A stretch of DNA of 64,000 nt from Malacoraja senta (taxonomy: Eukaryota), in NCBI GenBank assembly GCA_038087875.1, contig CM075992.1, positions 7,628,001 to 7,692,000 of the forward strand, read 5' to 3'. How positions within the stretch are numbered: the first letter of the stretch is position 1; each line of letters begins with the position of its first letter. Shown one piece after another: positions 1 to 12,628 of the stretch. The position numbers and the translations under genes were made by a program. A model generated the notes under the pieces. The model did no database searches and was not told the origin of the DNA. It saw only the letters and a program-made list of their open reading frames with translations.

Positions 1-669
1 ATTTCGAGGCCCTAGGCTTCAGCCTGCGAAGCCTAATGGTAAATCCGGCTCTGGTTGTGAGGTTGTTGTTTGATTTGTATAAAAAATGGCTACGGGCTAT
101 TGTGACAAATGGTGGTAATTGTGGCAAATGTCACACTGGTTTAGGGAAGATGGAACAGAAGATCAAATTATTACCATGTCATTCATACTGTATTTAAGCA
201 CTGAGATAGGGTAGATAGATAATTAGATATTCACTATATATATATATCATCTTTGGAACTGAGCGCAACCGTGTCAGTGCCAAGGATACAGTCCACGAGT
301 ACCGACAATCCAGCTCATGAACACTAAACCAGAGACTTACTGATTCCTGAATCTGCGGTAGCTAGTTTGATCCATTTGCCTCATCAAATCTTAATTAAAA
401 CAATCTGATCATTTGGCATTTCTTGTAATTGTATTTGAGAGCAGCACAAGGTTGCCAAGATAGTCCAGAGATAAAGGATCAAGAATCGTGGCACACAAGG
501 AACACGGAGATGGAAGCATCAAGGTAAAATAACTGAGTGACACACTGAGACATCTATAGTTTGAACACGTCCATGCTCGTAGATTACACAGAGCACTCTT
601 CAAGATAATATATGGGACACCAAACAATCTTAGTTAAAAAAACACACAAATGTTTAACATAAGGGAACA

Positions 670-2500
670 CGGACAGAAAATCCAGGGTTTCTTCCAGGAT
701 GATACCAACACCAGGAACATGTGGGAAGGCATCCGGGCCATAACAAACTACAAGGCCCCTCAGATGTCTTGTAAGGATGACACAGACTTTCTCAATGAAC
801 TCAATAATCATTTCGGCAGGTTTGAGGCACTTAACACCACTATAGTGAGGAAATTAGAGCCTCAACCAGGAGAACAGACACTGTCTTTTGAAACTGCTGA
901 AGTCCGCAGAATCCTGAAGGGCATTGACAAGCGAAAGGCAGCCGGACCGGATAACATACCGGGGCGTCTGCTTAGGGGATGTGCCGACCAGCTGGCCCTG
1001 GTTCTGACAGACATTTTTAACACCTCCCTGAACCAGGCCATTGTTCCATCATGTTTCAAGACAGCCACCATCATACCAGTTCCCAAAAAGTCCACAATAA
1101 CCTGCCTGAATGATTACCGCCCCGTAGCACTCACACCAATAATAATGAAGTGCTTTGAGAGGCTTATTAAGCAGTACATGGTCTCTAAACTCCCCTCCAG
1201 TTTTGACCCGTTCCAGTTTGCTTATCGCCCGAACCGCTCCACAGAGGATGCTATCTCCTCTGCAGTCCACCTGAGCCGACAACACCTGGAGGAGAAGAAC
1301 ACCAACGTGCAGATGCTGTTTGTTGACTTCAGCTCAGCATTCAATACGATAATCCCCCAGCATCTGGTGAGCAAACTGGCACCCCTAGGATTCAATACCA
1401 CACTATGCAACTGGATCCTGGATTTCCTTTCTGAAAGACCCCAGTCTGTGCGGGTGGGGAAGAACACCTCCTCGGTCATCACACTGAGCACCGGCTCCCC
1501 TCAGGGCTGTGTCCTGAGTCCGCTGCTCTTCACATTGATGACACATGACTGTGTCGCCAGGTCCACTACTAACCATATCATCAAATACGCGGATGACACA
1601 ACAGTAGTGGGCCTCATCCGCAACAACGACGACCAGGCATACAGAGAGGAGGTGGAGCAGCTGGTGAGCTGGTGCAGCAGGAACAACCTTCTCCTAAATG
1701 TGGACAAAACCAAGGAGATTGTCGTCGACTTCAGAAAGAAAAATCAGCCCAGTTACACTCCGCTGTGCATCAACAACTTAGCAGTGGAGCAGGTGAAAAG
1801 CATCAAGTTCCTGGGAGTGCATATAACGGATACCTTAACTTGAACTACAAACATCACATCTCTGGTAAAACGGGCACAGCAGCGTTTGTACTTCCTCCGC
1901 AGGATGAGAAGATCACACCTCCACCCTCACCACATTCTACAGAAGCACCATTGAATCAGTCATGACCAGCTGCATCTCTATGTGGTGCGGCGGCTGTACA
2001 GCTGCGGACTGGAAGTGCCTTCAGAGAGTGGCGAGGACAGCGGAAAAAATCATTGGGACTTCTCTTCCTTCCATCATGGACATTGGTTACAAACGCTGTC
2101 TGTCAAGAGCTAAGGGCATTACCAGAGCCCCCACACCCCCACAATATGGACTGTCTACGCTGCTGAACTCTGGGAGGAGGTACCGCAGCGTGAAGAGCGG
2201 GACAACCAGGTTCTGCAACAGCTTCATCCCCCAGGCCATAAGACTATTGAACTCACAATCAAACCGATGCTAGAACTTTCTTATACATTGCCACTTTAAA
2301 AAACTTTCCTTTTTTAACTATGCACATGAAGCACTTTTTATGGGCACACTAAGTACTTTTACTGATCGCCTGATATAAATGTTATATTCTGCTGCTACTT
2401 TGAAGAGTCAATGCAACGAAATTTCGTTCAATGTGCACTGTGTCTATGTGTATACCTGAATGACAATTAAAGTTATATTTATTCATTATTTATTTATTCA
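670..2500 (+). mobile_element. 5'-truncated Rex1/Babar-clade LINE (RT region plus 3' tail), degraded
   Basis: ORF 650-1843 has KAAGPDNIPG, LNDYRPVALTPIIMKCFERL, FVDFSSAFNTI, GSPQGCVLSPLLF and YADD motifs. In-frame TGA at 1841, then a frameshift into the C-terminal ORF 1962-2273 (SGRRYRS..FIPQAIRLLN). ATT/TTCA-rich tail at ~2470-2500. Confidence 0.9.
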
Positions 2501-2892
2501 TACGCACATTATTTATTTGGACTTTCAAGAAGCATTTAATAAAGTCACTGATGCTTAGAGCTGAAGGCAATTTATTAAATTGTTAAGAAATTAGTTGAGC
2601 AGCAGGATGTGAATTTACAGAATGAGTCAGGTCCATATGTAAGTTAATACATACAAGCTTTTTCAATTTTTATTATTAAAGAATTTTACGAGATGTGCTC
2701 AGCTTTTAATATCCATCATCCCAGGTACCAGGAAAGTCTGCAGATGTCTTGTCCACCAACAGATTTAAGTGCAAGGCACAATATGTTAAAATAACCAGCG
2801 GCGTCAAACATTTCATTCTGTTATTTTATAGTTTGAGATTTCTGACAGTTCTGCACTATAGCAGCCTTATGACTGCTGCCAAAAATACTCAC

Positions 2893-2989
2893 TTGAATCT
2901 ACGAATTCGTCAACAAATGAATATCCTGAAGGTAAAGGGCTTTTATCGGGAAGCAGTAGGATATCTGCCACAACATCCCCATGCGGATT
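2893..2989 (-). CDS. MVB12A: MVB12A coding exon 3 (NPHGDVVADILLLPDKSPLPSGYSFVDEFVDS); gene continues left of the window
   Basis: Flanked by tttcttgtcag and gtgagt; 97 nt, phase 0 to 1. Resembles recalled human MVB12A [32 protein letters not shown]. Confidence 0.9.
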
Positions 2990-3380
2990 CTGACAAGAAA
3001 GCAGACCATCAAATCATTATTTTCTCCTAAAGACCTGCACAAACACCATTTCTAAATCTGGTGATTTATCAGCACCCCAAGCACCTGAAGTTTCATTTAG
3101 ATCTCAACATCACCCACTGCAACTGATAGCGTTCAGCTCAGTGGAGTCCAGCTCAGTAGAATCAAACAGACCATTGAGACTTCATTGATTTTAACTGAAA
3201 TTATCACATTCATACACAAAAAGTGCTAATTCATGTCATTCTTCCAGTACATTAAGTGCATCATTTGGATGTCTTGTCTTGCAATGACCCTGCACAAAAC
3301 TAGAGATCTGATGCACTTAGAGTTGGCACTGGAAGTATATAGTAAGCTATCTTCTGTAAAGGACAATAATGAGGATGATT

Positions 3381-3870
3381 TGGTAGCGCAGCGGTAGTTG
3401 CTGCCTTGCAGCACCAGAGACTCGGCTTCCATCCTGATTACGGGTGCTGTCTGTACGGAGTTTGTACCTTCTCCCTGTGACCAGCGTGGGTTTTCTCCGG
3501 GAAGCTCCGGTTTCTTCCCACACTGCATAGACGTACAGGATTGTAGGCTAAATGGCTTGGTATAAATGTAAATTGTCCATAGAGTGTGTGTAGGATAGTG
3601 TTAAGGGCCTGTCCCACTTGGGCGTTATTTGCGCGACATCATTAAGCGTCACGACGCATGACAAGCACATGGCGCGTGGTGAGACGTGGTGGCGTAGGTC
3701 ACGCGCGGCGCTCCAGGATTTTGGGATTCACAAAATCTTTGCGCACTACCTGCGTGACGCGCAAATGACGCCCAAGTGGGACAGGCCCTTTAGTGTGCGG
3801 CGATCGCTGGTCAGCGCAGACTTGATGGGCGAAGGGCCTGTGTCCGTACTGTAAATGTAAATTAAACTAA
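3381..3870 (+). mobile_element. HE1/V-SINE-like tRNA-derived SINE, interrupted by a MITE
   Basis: Head tggtagcgcagcggtag..gagactcggcttccatcc, V-domain-like core tgtacggagtttgtac..gggttttctccggg, CR1-like tail ending (taaac)n. Confidence 0.85.
3604..3789. mobile_element. PIF/Harbinger-like MITE, 186 bp
   Basis: TIRs AGGGCCTGTCCCACTTGGGCGT..ACGCCCAAGTGGGACAGGCCCT. TTA on both sides, matching the uninterrupted SINE site gtg-tta-gtg. Confidence 0.85.
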
Positions 3871-4522
3871 ATATCCGAACCATCACATTGGATGCCTAGG
3901 ACCAAGCCTAACCCACACACAAAATGTTAGATGACAACAACACAACCATAAATCCAGGCCTAGCAGGTGAACTGCTTATATTCAAGAGCCTTCTGATTAA
4001 TAAATTCAGAAACTTCAAAACACTGGTTTTAATTTTAAACATAAAATATTTATTGTGATGCTTTTAATCAAATTCGTTTTAATTTCCCTTTCCTACACAT
4101 CTCTTATCAATGAGCCTCAGAAGCTGTGCTGCTGTCTAAGTTGTCTCTGTAAACATACCCGTTATATAATGCTTCATCAATGCTTTGATTTAACCAATGT
4201 GAATCTGACTGTTGAATCTCAGCAGGTACCTGCTCTGCTGTTGGAGCCCATGTAGAGTTCAGCGGAAGAATAAACTAACAGATATTACACATTCCAAATT
4301 TGTTCGCAAGTTCAAAACTTCCACAGGACGCAAATACAATTGGGACGGGAGGTGGGAGCTGGATCTTGATCATTCTAACAGTCAAACAAGATAACTGCTA
4401 GCAATTTGGAGTGGATCAACTGAAATTTACCAGAAAGGTCTAGACCCTGAATTCACAGTTGTTATGCAGTGTACTAGTCCCACAACATAAGAAAATAATG
4501 CTGCAATCAAAGAGAATACTCA

Positions 4523-4823
4523 TTTAGTTTTAGTTTAGTTTACAGATACAGCACGGAAACAGGCCCTTCGGCCCATTGAGTCCTTGCCGACCAGAGATCA
4601 CCGCACACTAACACTATCCTAACACCAGGGACAATTTACAATTTTACCAAGCCAATTAGTCTACAAACCTGTACGTCTTTAGAGTGTGGGAGGAAACCAG
4701 AGCTCCCGGAGAAAACCCACGCAAGTCACAGGGAGAACATGCAAACTCCATACAGACAGTAGCCGCAGTCAGGATTGAACCCGGGTCTCTAAGGCAGCAA
4801 CTCTACTGCTGTGCAGCCGTGCC
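4523..4823 (-). mobile_element. HE1/V-SINE-like SINE
   Basis: Reverse complement of the same family, with (tttag)n tail at 4523-4542. Confidence 0.85.
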
Positions 4824-4963
4824 ATTCTGTGAAGATTCCTTGTGCCCAAAACAAATTTAAATTGAACATAGCATCATATACACGGGCATGTCATCTGCGA
4901 TTGGGGGGGGGGGGGGGGGGGGAGGGAGGTTAAGTGGAGGCAGAGAGAAAGATGACAACCTAC

Positions 4964-5062
4964 CTCTTTAATCAGCAAGGAGCTGACACACAGGTAACAG
5001 CCCGATTTCTGACCAAAGCCTTTGGCAAAGTTTGCAGAGGATCCATCTGTTGTCGTAGTGAT
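4964..5062 (-). CDS. MVB12A: MVB12A coding exon 2 (ITTTTDGSSANFAKGFGQKSGCYLCVSSLLIKE)
   Basis: Flanked by ctctttctag and gtaggt; 99 nt, phase 0-0. Resembles recalled human [29 protein letters not shown] (MABP domain). Confidence 0.92.
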
Positions 5063-5654
5063 CTAGAAAGAGATACAAATTAATGGATTAAATGGCAAAT
5101 AATTCCCAATTTATTTATGATCTTGTTTATGCTAACCAGTATTTCACTCTCTCACATCAAGGATGATGCCAAAGCTGACCTTTGTATAGATAGAAGCAAT
5201 GTATTTAATGGGAAGCTGATTCACAACTTCCACCTACATAAGTTACCTTCTTTCTCCACACTTTCCTTAATTATAGAGGCATACAGCATGGAAATAGGCC
5301 CTTCAGCCCAACTTGCCCATGCTGACCAAGATGCCTCATCTACACCTGGCCGCATTTGGCCTATATTCTTCTAAACCTTTCCTATCCATGCATCTGTCCA
5401 AATACACCATGCACTTATCCTCAAAATTGAGTGATCATCATGATCATTAGCCCATCCACTGACTTAAATAGCGATTCCCCCCCTGCTGCATCTTCACTGG
5501 GTATCATCCATAGAATGTGCTGAAAAAATCTGACCAGGCGCAGGACACCTTGTAATTTTGTCAGAGCCCTTTATGTGGTGACTATTTGCATACTTTAGGT
5601 ATGCAAACAAAGAATTTCACTGTGACTTGTCACATGTGACAATAAAGCATTCAT

Positions 5655-6140
5655 AATAATAATAATAATAATATCTTTTATTGTCATTGCACATAGGTGC
5701 AACGAGATTTGGTATGCAGCTTCCATCCGATAGTCATAACTTAAACAACTAATAAAATTTAGATACCCCGAGAAACATGATTTATAAAAAAACAGTAAAA
5801 CAGTCTAAAGTGCAAATATATCTGTGCCGGGTCGATGTGCGTGAATACAGTTCATGGGGGTGGGGGGGCACTCAGCAGGGCCGGTTCAGAGCAGCGATAG
5901 CTCTGGGGATGAAGCTGTTCCTGAGTCTGGAGGTGCGGGCGTAGAAGGCCTTGTAACGTCTGCCGGAAGGTAGAAGTTCGAACAGACTATTACACGGGTG
6001 TGAGGAGTCTTTGTGGATGCTGACGGCCTTCCTGAGGCACCATGTGTAGTAGATGCCCTCCAAGGCTGGTAGCTGTGTCCCAATAATCTTCTGCGCCCTG
6101 TGGACGACCCGCTGAAGAGCTCTCCTCTCTGCCTCCGTAC
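5655..6140 (-). mobile_element. Rex1/Babar LINE 3' fragment
   Basis: ORF 5872-6150 (LQRVVHRAQKIIG..LLPSGRRY..NSFIPRAI) and an (ATT)n tail. Confidence 0.8.
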
Positions 6141-6385
6141 GTTCATTCATTCATTCATTCAAATCACCAAGGCTTTTGTTAAGGCAGCTTCCAAATCTAT
6201 CGCCACATAGAAAACCAAGGCAGCAGGTGCTTAGGAATACTGACTTAGATGTGACATCACTATTCCTTCAATGGTACTGGATTAAATTCTTGGAAATCTC
6301 TACTTAACAACTCTGTTGCAATCCCTTCACCACATGGACTGCAGTATGTCCAGAGGATCCACCATCACCACTTTCTCAAGAGCAG

Positions 6386-6670
6386 GGGTGGCACAGTGGC
6401 GCAGCGGTAGAGTTGCGGCTTTTAAGTTATAGAGACCCGGGTCGATCCTGGCTACGGGTGCTGTTTGTACGTTCTCCCTGTGACCGCGTGAATTTTCCCC
6501 GGGTACTCCGGTTTTCTCCTGCACTCTAAAGACGCGCTGGTTTGTAGGTTAATTGGATTCTGTAAATTTCCCCTGGTGTGTAGGATAGAAGTGGTGCAAG
6601 GGTGATCGTTGGTGGGAGTGGACACGTTGGGCCGAAACGCCCGTTTCAACACTGTATCTCCAAACTAAAC
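6386..6670 (+). mobile_element. HE1/V-SINE-like SINE
   Basis: gtggcgcagcggtagagttg head, V-like core, aactaaac tail. Confidence 0.85.
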
Positions 6671-6837
6671 AACCTGGCATTAGCACAAAAAAAAAAATCC
6701 ATCTTGCTCATATAATAATGAAAAAAACAGTTAAACTATTCTATAATTTCCTAACTTATCCCACTCTTCTCAAAGGCTAATACACCAAGTGCCGAGGGAA
6801 ATATGAACCCAGGATTACTGTCAAGAGGCAGACGTAC

Positions 6838-6933
6838 CAGTTGATATTCCTTTGGACAGGTGTTCGGGTTCGAGGTCCATCCTACACCAGTTAGAGGATA
6901 GCAGTTTGAATCATTCATCTCAGGTGCAGCCAT
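6838..6933 (-). CDS. MVB12A: MVB12A first coding exon portion (MAAPEMNDSNCYPLTGVGWTSNPNTCPKEYQL); whole exon probably 6838-6987
   Basis: ATG at 6933 and donor gtacgt at 6837; phase 0, joins exon 5062 in frame. Resembles recalled human PLAGLAWSSASAPPPRGF. Acceptor tttgatcctaaag precedes 6987. Confidence 0.88.
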
Positions 6934-7129
6934 CTGGTATCAGGTGCAAGCTAAATCCTCTTCGCCAACCACTTCATCAAATCAGTCCTTTAGGATCAAA
7001 CAAAAGCAAATGCAAAGAGAGGTTGTTTACTGGAACACTTAAGAACAAACTTTTGAAGCAAAGTACATAAGAAACAAAAAAGAAATGTCATTCATCTACT
7101 ATCCACGATCCAACAATGTTGAAAATCCA

Positions 7130-7480
7130 GGATAGACACAAAATACTTGAGTAAATCGGCATCTCTGGAGAAAAGGAATAGGTGACGTTTCGGGACGAGA
7201 CCCTTCTTCAGACCGACAATCAGAGGAAAGGGAAACGAGAGATATAGACGATAATTTAGAGAATTATGGGACAAAGGAATGAAAGATATGCAAAAAAGTT
7301 ACAATGATCAAGGTAAGTTGGAGCCCACAATGGTCCATTGCTGGCTTGGGGTAGGTGATAACGAGTTATATAGATAACGAAACTCAACAGGACGACAGCG
7401 AAACCCATACGACAACTAGGGTGGGAGAGGGAAGGAAAGAGAGGGGATGCAAGGGTTACGAAGTTTAAGAAATCAATAAA
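7130..7480 (-). mobile_element. Penelope-like element terminal fragment
   Basis: Shares the terminal sequence found next to GIY-YIG remnants elsewhere in the window and contains a hammerhead core. Confidence 0.7.
7181..7214 (-). ncRNA. Minimal type I hammerhead ribozyme motif
   Basis: Minus strand GGU CUGAAGA A GGG-UCUCGU-CCC GAAAC GUC ACC: catalytic core, stem II, palindromic ACGU stem III, GUC cleavage triplet, 3-bp stem I (GGU/ACC). Confidence 0.7.
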
Positions 7481-7699
7481 GAAATCAATAAAGAAGTCTA
7501 TATTTTTATAGCAATTTATTACATCATCAGTTTATCTCTTGCATTACTGCCATTGCACAAGCAAATCCAGCAGTCAATCTGCAGAGTCTGATCAATGAAA
7601 CAAGAAAAAACAAGATCAATGCTCACAGAATATTATAAACTCAACATCAATCAACCCCAAGTCTGTGCCAGCTTTCGCAAAGAGCAGTCAAAATGTAGC

Positions 7700-7862
7700 A
7701 ACAAAAAACTGTAGATGATGGTTTACAAAAAAGACACAAAATGCGAGAGTAACTCAGCGGGTCAGGCAGCATCCCTGGATAACATGGACCGTGAGGTCAC
7801 CTGTCCATGTTCACCAGGGATACTGCCTGACCCGCCGAGTTACTCCAGCATTTTGTGCCTTT
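7700..7862. repeat. Inverted pair of Penelope-like termini (hairpin)
   Basis: cacaaaatgc..gagtaactcagcgggtcaggcagcatccctgg..catggac is followed directly by its reverse complement. Confidence 0.8.
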
Positions 7863-8939
7863 TTCCCCCCTCAAAGAGCAATTCAGTTGAAGACAATCTA
7901 TTATTTCCCTCTCCTTAAGATCCTTTGCAATTTATGTATGTAGGCTTTTACCAAAACTTTATCCACCTCACTAGTGGGCAGTTCGTCCCAAGCCTTAAAC
8001 ACTTCTTTTTCCATGTTGCCTCTAATTCTAGATAATTGTACCTGTAATCAGTTGTTTTTTTTAGTGGTAGTGTTGAAAGAGAATGCGTAGGAGAAGCAAA
8101 GAAAACAATTACATGGTCTGCGTGGAAAAATTAAGCCACAGTGACATATTTCAATGCTGTAACACTCTTATTCTATGAAATCGTAAGGCAGCAGGAAAAC
8201 AAAAGCTGTGATTGTAATCCCAGTAGGTTAGTATTTGACACCACAGTGAGAAAATTTAGATTTTCTTCATTCATCAGAGGACCCATCGCCTTGAGTGGTT
8301 GTCAATGCGATGGGAAGATGGGTTGTTATCTGTAGAGACAAGTTAAATGATGACAATTCTCCCCTGGAGGCACAAGAGACCGCAGATGCTGGAATAGTTA
8401 GCAAAAAAAAATAGGGCAGCTGGCAGCTCTCAGCAGATCAGACAAGATCTATGAAGAGAAATGGACAGTTGATGTTTTGGGTCAAGATCCTTCAACTAAA
8501 CTGAAATAGAAAGCCCTCGACCCAAAACATCACCTATTCATTTTCTTCAGAGATGCTGCCTGATCCGCTGAGTTACTCCAGCTTTTTGTGTCTATCTAGA
8601 GGGGAAGTAGCCAGTATAAAGAGGTGGATGGAGAAGTGGAGAGAGGGGGGGAAATTAGCTAGCAGGTAATAGGCAGAAAGACATAAAATGCTGAAGTAAT
8701 TCAGTGGGTCAGGCAAGGATTACTGCATATTTTATGTCTTTCCTTGTTAAATCAGCGTTTCAGTTCCTTGTTTCTATATTTAAAGTTTAATAAGGGTGGG
8801 GTGGGTTGATTGGTAGATAACAGCCCTGTGGGGGAGGGAAGGGTGGAGGTAGCAATAGGGCCAAAGTTGACAAATAGGCTGACAGAGGATGGAAGTGTAT
8901 AGATATCCAGGATACTAGATATCCAGGGTAGATCTGCCA

Positions 8940-10160
8940 GGACTAAACCTCCTTTGAGCAGGACACCATCCCTTTCAGTTTTTCCATCCCCACCAGATCT
9001 CCTGAGATGAGGCTTTCCACAGCAGGACATTTGAAATGTCTTCCTTTTTCAGGAAACACGGTTTCCCTCCCACTGTGTTTCACTAAGCCCTCACTACCAT
9101 CTCTTCTATATGTCACACTTAGACTCTTAACTCAACTCGCCCCAAACAGAACAGGGCTAGTGTCTTCGTTCTTGACGGTCACCCCATCAGCCTCTGTATC
9201 CAGCACATCATTCTTCAACAATGCCACCAGCTACAACATGATCCCACCATCACTCACATCTTTCCCTCCCCATCCCTTTCTGCTTTCAGCAGGGACCAGT
9301 CTCCCTGTGACTCCCCAGTTCCCTAAGCACTTTACCCTGCAACCACTGGTGGTATAAAATAGGTCCCTAAATGTAAAACATCTCACCCCTCATCCCCATC
9401 CAGAGAGCTGAACAGCCCTTCCAGGCGACACAGGGAATCACCTGCACCTCCTCCAACTTTATCCACTGCCTGCAATGCTCTTGGCGCGGCCTCCTCTACA
9501 TCGGTGAGGCCAACGGTCGACAAGACGAGCACTTTGCTGAGCACGTGCTCTCTGTCTGCTGTGTCCATCTGAATTTCCCGGTTACCAGTAAATTTAACTC
9601 CCAAAACGACTTGTCTGTCCTAAAGGGCCTGTCCCACGGGCATGCGACTCCATGCGGCAAGCGCGACCTAACCAGAAGTGGGGGCCGCGCGGAGGTCGAG
9701 TGATCCCCGTACAGGGCCAGTCCCACCAGCACGCGGGAAGTGCTACCAAACCGGAAGCGGGGGCCGTGCGGAGGTCGAGTGACGTCAAGACGGTGCGTAC
9801 GGCGTCGAGCGGTGCGCACGGCCTCAATGCGGCTGCGTACGGCGTCGAGGCGGCGCGCACGGCCTCGATGCGGCTGCGGGGCGGCAGGCTGTTGCCGCGC
9901 GGAATTTTTGAACAGTGTCAGTTTTTCGGAGCCCCGCGCGATGTCAGAACCAGCTCCGCACAACTCCATTTGGCTCCGGCGATCGAAGTGGGACCGGCCC
10001 CGCGACTTCCGCGCGGCCCCCACATCCGGTTTGGTCGCGCTTGCCGCATGGAGTCGCATGCCCGTGGGACAGGCCCTTTAATCTCCTCCACTGCCAGGGT
10101 GAGGCCAAATGCAAACTGGATGAACATCAACTCATATTCTACCTGAACGGCATGAGTATT
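8940..10160 (+). mobile_element. Degraded Penelope-like element ORF (GIY-YIG endonuclease region), interrupted by a MITE
   Basis: About 9420-9555 translates to ITCTSSNFIHCLQCSWRGLLYIGEANGRQDEHFAEHVLSV, resembling PLE GIY-YIG domains. Sequence resumes after 10077. Confidence 0.75.
9624..10077. mobile_element. PIF/Harbinger-like MITE, 454 bp, CpG-rich
   Basis: Near-perfect ~70-bp TIRs beginning AGGGCCTGTCCCACGGGCATGCGACTCC; flanks taa and tta. Confidence 0.85.
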
Positions 10161-11112
10161 AAATGTCACGGGGCAAATTTTGCACCACCCCAAGATTGTT
10201 GGCCTCTGCCCCTGCAAGTGTTGTGGTAGCGTGACTTGAAGCACAACTTTCTGCAAGAAATCCAGTTCCCACCACCTTTCCAGGTCCAAGGCAATGCAGG
10301 GCTTCATCTAATGCAAGTCCCCTGCTCTGCTGACTCAAGGGCTTCGACAGCTGATGAAGCCCTGTCCCCAGGCTCGTCAGCTCTTAAAGCTGCCACTATT
10401 TTTGAATGTTTGCAATGCTTTTGATATTCACAAACATTCAAAAACCACCTGGGACCTGTTAGAAGCAAACATTAAAAATGTAAAACTTAAAATTTTAAAG
10501 TAAAGGCCTTAAACAAAAAAATTAAAAACAATTAAACTTCATTAAATAACTATCTCCCTCCTAGTAGCTGAAATTTCCTATTTGTTTTAGTGGGCACAGG
10601 TTCAGCATGCAGATTTTCCAGCCCGAGAAGGTGGCACAGCAATGTTGCCTCCTCAGCTTCAGAGGCCTAGATTTGATCCTGATCATTGTTTCCTCCAACG
10701 TCATAAACTGTGCCAGCATGTTGTAATATACTTTTGGGAAGGAAAATTGTCAAAATGAAAGGGGTTTAATGGCAACATGATAGAGAATAAATTAAAGAGG
10801 TGGGATAACAAAGCCATGTGTTTTGTATTGTTGGGATCTGTGTAGTTACAATGTGTAGTGTAAATAACAGCACTGGAGCCAACTACTGCAGCAGTTTCAG
10901 GCGGTGTGCTATTCCGAGTGGAAGCTTGGATTAGCTCAGATACAGGCTTGTCTGCCAGCAAATCCCATCTGGATTTTTGCAGAAGATCAGCCCCCACATC
11001 TTTCCACAAACCTACCATTACACATTCAGATCTACAAGGCATTAATGCACTGGAGCAGCCAGAGTCTCTAATTCCTAGTTCACATTGAGGGTTCAACTGT
11101 CACTTAGCATAC

Positions 11113-11178
11113 CACCGAGGTTCCGTCCTTGTTGCTTTGGAATCAGGGTGTGGAAATTAGTGGGAACAGCTACACTTC
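11113..11178 (-). other. MVB12A: Putative MVB12A 5'UTR exon, 66 nt
   Basis: Acceptor ttttataataatctgacag and donor gtatgc; another donor-like gtaggt lies near 11015. Splice signals only. Confidence 0.4.
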
Positions 11179-12349
11179 CTGTCAGATTATTATAAAACAA
11201 AAAACTGCAGATGCCAAAAACCTGAAATAGAAACTGAAAATGTTGGAAATATTAACTTTGGGCAACATCTGTGGAGAGATTCTTTCGGGCTAATAAACTT
11301 TCATCAGTGTGCTTCTCCCTTTGCACCTTCCACCCTCAAACCCCCAAATTTGCCCACTGCCAGACAACTATTTCACGTCTATAATAAACTATCACTCTTT
11401 TAGTTACATGCAGAGAGGAAGTTGTGGACTTTGGGAAGAGGACGCAGGACTTGACACAGAAAGAACTAAATTCCAAAAGATATGGTTTTAAATGGTTCTC
11501 GAAGGCAAGTACAAGGCAAAATAGAAATAGGAACAGCTTAAAGACCTTAGCTACAATTTGGAAATTCTGCTCAAAACTGTGCATTCCTTTTTATATACAA
11601 GACTACACCTAGCTCAATGTATTCGTTGGGATACATTTCCAGAAGTTATGACTGGTCTCTGTATCGAATCTTGCAAGTGGAAAAGATTCCGTCAACTATA
11701 AAAATATGAAAAAATAAACCTCTTTCTTTGAGTAAAGATCCCGCGGAAAAGTTGTACACCATAAGACAACAAGTGCGTGAATTAATTCCCCCCCAAAAAT
11801 GTTGAGACTCAGCAACCACAAAATCACATTCAGGCAGTGATCAAGAGGGAAGGATATGGATAAATGCAACAAATGTACACAGTTCCTACCATTTAAGAGT
11901 TGAGAAACACACAGCTGGAACTAACTTCCCATGTAATCTAAAGAAGGTCCCTGACTTGAAAGGTTAACCTTTGCTTGTTCCAAGATGATGCCTGACCTGT
12001 TAAGTATTTCCAGCATTTTTTAGTTTTTATTTCTGATTTCCATCACCTGCAGTTTAAAAATAAATTATTGTTCTGCATAATACAGAAGACAAAAGTTGAA
12101 CATAAACTAACCAGCTTTAAACTATGCTTATAATATCTAGTGATAATGGAGGATATTAGTAAATCTAATCAATCATATATTGCTAAGAAGCACAACCCGT
12201 ACAAAAAAAGTGAAAATATCAAATGCAGCAATGTTAAAAATATACCATGTATACTAAAAGTAAAATTCTTAACAAATGCATTACAAAAAAGACACTGATT
12301 GAGAGAGAACAGGGCATTCTCAAACATATAAAAGTTCTCTGACTAGTTA

Positions 12350-12628
12350 CACAGACCTTCTGATTAATTGTATTGATTGTTTGCCACCTTGTCACCTTCT
12401 CCTAACAATGAACCATTCTACATTTCCTTATCATCGAATGCTTTGATCTGCCGTTTTCACACCTTACCCTTCCATATCTCTAGACTCCCTCTCCCCTGAC
12501 TCTTTGTCTGAAGTAGGGTCTCGACCTGAAACGTTACCCATTCCTCCTTTCCAGAGATGCTGCCTGTCCCTGTGTTGCTCCAGCATTTTGTGTCAATCTT
12601 CGGTATAAACAAGCATCTGTAGTTCTTT
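12350..12628 (+). mobile_element. Penelope-like terminal fragment with degenerate hammerhead, target of an L1 insertion
   Basis: ctgaagtagggtctcgacctgaaacgtt at 12508-12535, followed by ccagagatgctgcctg..ctccagcattttgtg. Confidence 0.7.

Noticed and set aside
341..389. 49-nt minus-strand exon candidate
   Set aside because: Weak acceptor, shifts frame, and does not resemble the expected next MVB12A segment (K.S.SKKKRMCVK).
6386..6455. tRNA gene
   Set aside because: tRNA-like head of a SINE, continuing into SINE body; no complete cloverleaf.
6838..6987. Frame containing only TGA stops, suggesting a selenoprotein
   Set aside because: Another frame encodes MVB12A, the next exon has TAA in the TGA frame, and I saw no SECIS evidence.
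9496..10307. Several overlapping 88-187 aa ORFs
   Set aside because: By-products of a GC-rich palindromic MITE; no transposase motifs.
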